64,000 nt of DNA from Tubulanus polymorphus (Eukaryota; Animalia; Nemertea). The translations under genes and the position numbers were made by a program. Positions 63,201 through 64,000 of this stretch are shown here, piece by piece. How positions within the stretch are numbered: position 1 is the stretch's first letter; every line of letters begins with the position of its first letter. The stretch lies in the NCBI RefSeq assembly GCF_964204645.1, contig NC_134028.1, forward strand, positions 6,696,001 through 6,760,000, read 5' to 3'. The notes below the pieces were generated by a model. That model was not told where the DNA came from. It ran no database searches and saw only the letters and a program-made list of their open reading frames with translations.

Positions 63201-64000
63201 ATCCGAGTTATAAGTCGCAGATCGGTAGAAAAACTCGCGCCTATGTCATAATCAATGGACCTAGTGATGGTGAGTGCTTTTCTCCATTTCTTGTTTTTTT
63301 TAATAACCTTTTAAAACCCTTTCAGCGTGTCTACAACACAGTGCGATGTATAAATCGGTGAAGAACTTTGGTAGTAATCCGCATCGCGGTATATTGATGT
63401 TACTAGTAATTAGTGAATTTTTTCTATTAAAATTGGTTATCGTACTATTATCTCCATCTCTCTTGGGGTAACAATTAATCAACACTGAAAGAGTCAAACA
63501 ACAACTCTGCCCCGATTAGAGTACGGTAATTGTTGAGGATGAGGAGAGAATCCCACAATGATAATAAAAAGTCCGAAAATGAAACTTCGAGATAGTAGTT
63601 TATTCAACGTTTCGACTATATCCTAATAGTCATCTTCAGGAATGAAGGAATTCCTGAAGATGACTATTAGGATATAGTCGAAACGTTGAATAAACTACTA
63701 TCTCGAAGTTTCATTTTCGGACTTTTTATTATCATTGTGGGATTCTCTCCTCATCGCGTCAACACGGATATTGTGTTTTACCTATCGTGATTACGGTAAT
63801 TGTTATTTCAGAACCCACTGTTTCATTCTCGAAGATGTCATACGAATTCAATGAGGGCAGCGGAAAAGTGAAAATTCCTGTTATTCGCAGCGGTGCCGAT
63901 TTATCTCAGAATTCTACTGTATGGTGCGCTACACGATTATCTCAACCTCCATCTGCCATGGCGGGTGAGGATTACATCCCCCAAACGCAAGAGCTTATCT
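21249..64000 (+). CDS. FRAS1: FRAS1-like extracellular matrix protein, 3'-incomplete. Exons 21249-21312, 21781-21812, 30416-30526, 32056-32154, 32466-32625, 33513-33646, 33899-33982, 34436-34537, 34880-34937, 35187-35320, 45086-45172, 45452-45665, 46700-47211, 47633-47758, 48105-48357, 48620-48883, 51978-52190, 52626-52815, 53243-53405, 53932-54061, 54377-54576, 54992-55145, 55241-55320, 55548-55731, 56053-56232, 58241-58360, 58554-58733, 59255-59379, 59550-59690, 59780-60025, 60399-60491, 60867-61017, 61102-61325, 61711-61803, 62028-62193, 62284-62364, 62871-63037, 63146-63269, 63812->64000
   Basis: Signal peptide MKRIVLLLFIVILTCFTQFVEG; five complete VWC repeats (W..C..C.C....CCP.C) plus a partial sixth; CSPG/NG2 repeats (FTQHDIDVGRIWYKHSG, NDELPTV, DDETPRVTINRG); Calx-beta repeats (IPVHRVG, DDLVFEGRERF, DDSIYEDSERF). 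All junctions read as GT-AG with compatible phases. Confidence 0.88.
23236..23335. repeat. 100-bp hairpin
   Basis: GGTTTTATAGACTGGTATTATCTTTAACCC ... GGGTTAAAGGTAATGCCAGTCTATAAAACC. Confidence 0.75.
24790..25070. mobile_element. hAT-like MITE
   Basis: CATGGGCGTCACCAG ... CTGGTGACGCCCATG, flanks TTTTA/TTTCA. Confidence 0.72.
27815..28053. mobile_element. Decayed palindromic PLE mini-element with a degenerate hammerhead (27951-27993)
   Basis: ATTCCTGAAGATGGCTATTAGAATATAGTTAAAACGTCGAATA (GAAA changed to AAAA) within imperfect inverted arms homologous to the 39.5 kb pseudo-LTR. Confidence 0.7.
29399..29628. mobile_element. Decayed palindromic PLE mini-element (related subfamily) with a degenerate hammerhead (about 29512-29557)
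   Basis: Arms GAGAGAGAATTC..GAAGTCCGAAAAGTTTCC / GGAAACTTTTTGGACTTC..GAATTCTCTCTC; TTGATTC-GAAGA-TGACT..AGTC-GAAACGTC-GAATCAA (CT of the core lost). Collapsed relatives at about 13390-13490 and 3990-4090. Confidence 0.68.
30650..30919. mobile_element. piggyBac-type MITE family A
   Basis: TTAA|CCCTTTCAGTGC ... GCACTGAAAGGG|TTAG. Confidence 0.87.
31407..31651. mobile_element. Dispersed MITE-like repeat (other copies at about 196-270, 2044-2300, 28630-28840)
   Basis: Shared motifs AAGCATTGTTTAG and AATTTGACTCGGGC; imperfect TIRs of about 25 bp (GTGATCAAATGGAC / GTCCATGTTATCAC). Confidence 0.6.
32705..33212. mobile_element. Probable third family of palindromic hammerhead element, interrupted by a MITE (32792-33134)
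   Basis: Perfect 32-bp inverted repeat 32705-32736 / 33181-33212; CTGATGATGGCTG on the - strand at 32779-32791 and AGCTGAAACATT on the + strand at about 33155-33166. Confidence 0.5.
34091..34377. mobile_element. piggyBac-type MITE family A
   Basis: TCAA|CCCATTCAGTG ... CACTGAAAGGG|TTAA; further decayed copies at about 48468-48545 and 63316-63495. Confidence 0.83.
35724..35935. repeat. Minisatellite, unit about 50-55 bp, about 4 copies
   Basis: Repeating GACACCCTACATGCCAGTTAGGTG..TTGACAGTA. Confidence 0.75.
36400..36446 (-). ncRNA. Minimal hammerhead ribozyme in the inverted PLE arm
   Basis: Reverse complement of 39462-39508. Confidence 0.75.
37053..39152 (+). CDS. PLE reverse transcriptase + GIY-YIG endonuclease ORF (N-terminally truncated; frame open from 37032)
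   Basis: KADKG, YGLPKIHK, LRPIV, SFDVTSLFTNVP, GIAMGNPLSP, RYVDD, FLD and YRKPT motifs; C-terminal GIYKIPCKVCDKVFIGETGR..EH..ILES. Confidence 0.95.
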   Translation: MKSHVPDLFLWKSLSTIVQGSGKYHQHRKSVDLTNQLNKLIDSSPWTRFSNTENIVNLSSTTLSPTQCQLLGYGLNFSLPHQDKHVLDFVTQLEYRKSSPNSLDYNFTFMNLQAICDQLNRNLFGYLPRRFRLALQELRKLKTIKISKADKGGKIVILDLDNHNVKMQSLLDNPGVYKKLKSNPLPRMQANFNRSLSDIIKRFPSAKETLNKFHSRLPSLPYIYGLPKIHKDNVPLRPIVSNCNSPTYRLSKFLAKQLSPVLGSFSPSHLRHNQHLLERIKNIIPGNDKFISFDVTSLFTNVPLGPTLDFLKRRLPSLNINFGIPMDCIIDLISICTTDSFFEFNNCFYEQTFGIAMGNPLSPILANLFLEHVESEILPLYTDIHPKIWLRYVDDVLALVPFDFNVDNFLIYLNSLYPSLAFTYEWESNSKIPFLDVLIFNCGSFLKFAVYRKPTNAESYLHYFSFTSPDIKLGLAQGLFLRALRICDPSFLPDEIQHINQSLKKLAYPDFLLKKALLKARTTHFRNNNLRTPTLATDKQPIIVPYVPFLENSKVSLRSLNKQLIFKYNNKLSNILINNKPKTESLNCGIYKIPCKVCDKVFIGETGRNLNQCIKEHKLDVKNFKTESGVASHVFQTSHNFDFANAELIYPCSDKTRRHILESALIIENSNNVVNLNNGFSPHNKLISKFLCKLVKLNT
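39462..39508 (+). ncRNA. Minimal type-I hammerhead ribozyme in the PLE 3' pseudo-LTR
   Basis: TTATTC-CTGAAGA-T-GACTAT-TAGGAT-ATAGTC-GAAAC-GTT-GAAATAA: conserved core, 6-bp stem II, palindromic ACGT stem III, stem I with one bulge. Activity untested. Confidence 0.78.
39691..40680 (+). CDS. Intronless class-A orphan GPCR (peptide/chemosensory-like), copy 1; the ORF can extend upstream to ATG 39628
   Basis: Seven hydrophobic helices, LATSD (TM2), C..AIERSLAI (TM3), LP (TM6), NNAMNFFIY..FR (TM7/helix 8); MNLT N-glycosylation sequon suggests the start at 39691. Confidence 0.9.
   Translation: MNLTLFEPPSELWQAAVWYAYNFVVYFIWIVGSIGSILTLVLLTRLRNELDGPSSQYLFSLATSDLIYLNTMSLKWLEKISVASGTGFDVYVFYISSEFACKFLLVTVNISVKLSTWTLCIFAIERSLAISMPLKVADYFTKVRRKYLIVCQWTIAIVIESSFTNLYGIRTFSDGRKNCMLFPNYSSDKNAGLRIAFSMYVRVTHFIVPYIINSSCVIVIAKKLTARPSKASTNVQNISNQDRTCIKNLVAIASLYLILSLPNNIVNSIFYAKPTVLTWPRKPHMIHFVSLITVTIETSNNAMNFFIYFASFRKFRREMRNFFTKIIRR
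41712..42047 (+). mobile_element. Internally deleted duplicate of the PLE (inverted-arm fragment fused to the 3' pseudo-LTR end)
   Basis: 41712-41928 matches 36774-36990; 41930-42047 matches 39489-39606; followed by the same flank TAGGTCGTTATATAAGG. Confidence 0.9.
42132..43121 (+). CDS. Intronless class-A orphan GPCR, copy 2 (recent tandem duplicate); the ORF can extend upstream to 42069
   Basis: Same length and frame as copy 1; 12 amino-acid differences counted from MNLT. Confidence 0.9.
   Translation: MNLTLFEPPSELWQAAVWYAYNFGVYFIWIVGSIGSILTLVLLTRLRNELDGPSSQYLFSLATSDLIYLNTMSLKWLEKISVASGTGFDVYVFYISSEFACKFLLVTVNISVKLSTWTLCIFAIERSLAISMPLKVADYFTKVRRKYLIVWQWTIAIVIESSFTNLYGIRTYSDGRKNCMLFPNYSSDKNVGLRIAFSMYVRVTHFIVPYIINTSCVIVIAKKLTARPSKASTNVQNISNQDRTCIKNLVAIASLYLILSLPNNIVNSIFYTKPTVLIWPRKPHMTDFVYLITATIETSNNAMNFFIYFASFRKFRREMRNFFTRIIRR
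43422..44302 (-). mobile_element. Helentron-associated (HINE/DINE-like) non-autonomous element
   Basis: On the - strand: TTATTAGGGTTTCTGC..GCAGAAACCC hairpin, then (TTA)n; far end AGAAACCCGTTATC-GCTGC-TAT-GCAGC-TATAT (sub-terminal repeat plus hairpin). Similar ends at 40877-40910 and 51745-51779. Confidence 0.62.
44531..44744 (-). mobile_element. tRNA-derived SINE (internally deleted copy at 28541-28630)
   Basis: Head on the - strand GTGCAGTTAGCTCAATTGGTTGAGTGGAGG..GTTTGAAAC (A box, degenerate B box); head and tail shared with the second copy. Confidence 0.6.
45837..46209. mobile_element. MITE (Harbinger-like TIRs)
   Basis: AGCTGCGTTCACACTAG ... CTAGTGTGAATGCGGCT; a second copy in reverse orientation at 51239-51569. 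Confidence 0.78.
46214..46597. mobile_element. Second MITE directly abutting the previous one
   Basis: AGCCAAACTCAGG ... CCTGAGTTAGGCT|TAA. Confidence 0.55.
49550..50500 (-). CDS. Intronless class-A orphan GPCR (316 aa), antisense-nested in a FRAS1-like intron
   Basis: MNST sequon, GAFGN (TM1), LSICD (TM2), CK..TLERVAVV (TM3), FTLP (TM6), NYVANFYIY (TM7). Confidence 0.9.
   Translation of the reverse strand: MNSTQIQIGRTYISYIALMSLANRSGIYRTVSQVFLPIVFLLGAFGNSATFLIMLSRRFRTLSYANYLIVLSICDSMYCINYTLMPVLQFGLLRLNIGPVFLMKSQISCKIYEFFMALAFANSSWLIVAITLERVAVVLFPFSSRLICTPKFARITTLIITAVNTLVINLTPALSIHFTDERFGCFYHSVDQITFFAIIVIHVVVVPLSLILTSNSVIIVQLFRGTKIVSSDQKTTKSKRTTIMLVTVSLAFAIFTLPTAITALLPIPPDQTDFLYDIFVQFQMCNYVANFYIYLLLGREIREYFCMKIRCRNSVK
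50518..50648. repeat. Degenerate 18-19 bp tandem repeat immediately 5' of GPCR 3
   Basis: Repeating GAGAGTGTACTGACTGTCT-like units. Confidence 0.65.
51239..51569. mobile_element. MITE, reverse-orientation copy of 45837-46209
   Basis: Homology throughout, e.g. ATAAGCCGCGTATTTCAGTAC; ends CTAGTGTGAACGCAGCT. Confidence 0.78.
52837..53166. mobile_element. hAT-like MITE with 6-bp TSD
   Basis: TTTCTA|CTTGGTTCCCACAG ... CTGTGGGAACCATG|TTTCTA. Confidence 0.7.
54685..54917. mobile_element. CAG-ended MITE with 5-bp TSD (hAT-like)
   Basis: TTTAA|CAGCGTGGCCACT ... AGTAGCCATCCTG|TTTAA; homologous copy at 4710-4980. Confidence 0.7.
56369..57871. mobile_element. Foldback-type element with long modular terminal inverted repeats (TIRs) built from a 20-24 bp unit (TAACGTGAAGGATAA...)
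   Basis: Termini GAGCGGCCATCCCCGCCAAACAGACGC / GCGTCTGTTTGGCGGGGATGGCCGCCC; left arm to about 56779, right arm from about 56996; about 215 bp spacer. Confidence 0.88.
57170..57734. mobile_element. piggyBac-type MITE (family B) nested in the right arm of the foldback element
   Basis: TCAA|CACGTTCGCTGCC ... GGCAGTGAACGTG|TTAA at the TTAA of the 24-bp repeat unit; two internal palindromes TGACGAGTTATNTCGTCA. Confidence 0.8.
63602..63643 (-). ncRNA. Minimal hammerhead ribozyme (opposite polarity)
   Basis: Exact reverse complement of 63650-63691. Confidence 0.76.
63650..63691 (+). ncRNA. Minimal hammerhead ribozyme
   Basis: ATTC-CTGAAGA-T-GACTAT-TAGGAT-ATAGTC-GAAAC-GTT-GAAT. Confidence 0.78.

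Larger units (their letters stand above)
63535..63791 (+). mobile_element. Palindromic PLE mini-element (same family as 36341-39606)
   Basis: Inverted arms of about 106 bp with no mismatch seen (63538-63643 / 63650-63755), 6-nt loop GAAGGA, 36-nt tail, TSD TACGGTAATTGTT at 63522-63534 and 63792-63804. Confidence 0.92.

Noticed and set aside
63538-63755. Integrated viroid- or obelisk-like circular RNA, or an assembly foldback artefact
   Set aside because: The arms match the resident PLE pseudo-LTR and are bounded by a tail and a 13-bp TSD, which fits retrotransposition; nothing in the sequence indicates circularity.

Overview
AT-rich, intron-rich animal genomic DNA, probably from a marine invertebrate (lophotrochozoan-like by inference only). 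All coordinates were read by eye. Host genes in order: the last seven coding exons of a PKA type I regulatory subunit (+); a 5-exon mitochondrial thiamine pyrophosphate carrier SLC25A19 (+); a CWC21/SRRM2-like splicing factor with one coding exon (-); and, head-to-head with it, a large FRAS1-like matrix gene (+, at least 39 coding exons, running off the window). The FRAS1-like gene has VWC, CSPG/NG2 and Calx-beta repeats but no furin-like repeats. Three intronless class-A GPCRs are nested in its introns, two of them a recent same-strand tandem duplicate. A Penelope-like retroelement (PLE; RT + GIY-YIG) with an inverted pseudo-LTR and minimal hammerhead ribozymes sits just upstream of the first GPCR. 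The most unusual pattern is a set of about 240-260 bp palindromic PLE-type mini-insertions from at least two, probably three, families. The two intact ones carry a hammerhead on each strand, fold back at the ribozyme's 5' edge, and have a 35-36 nt unpaired tail and 13-14 bp target-site duplications (TSDs). Many MITEs, a modular foldback element, Helentron-type elements and a tRNA-derived SINE fill the introns.
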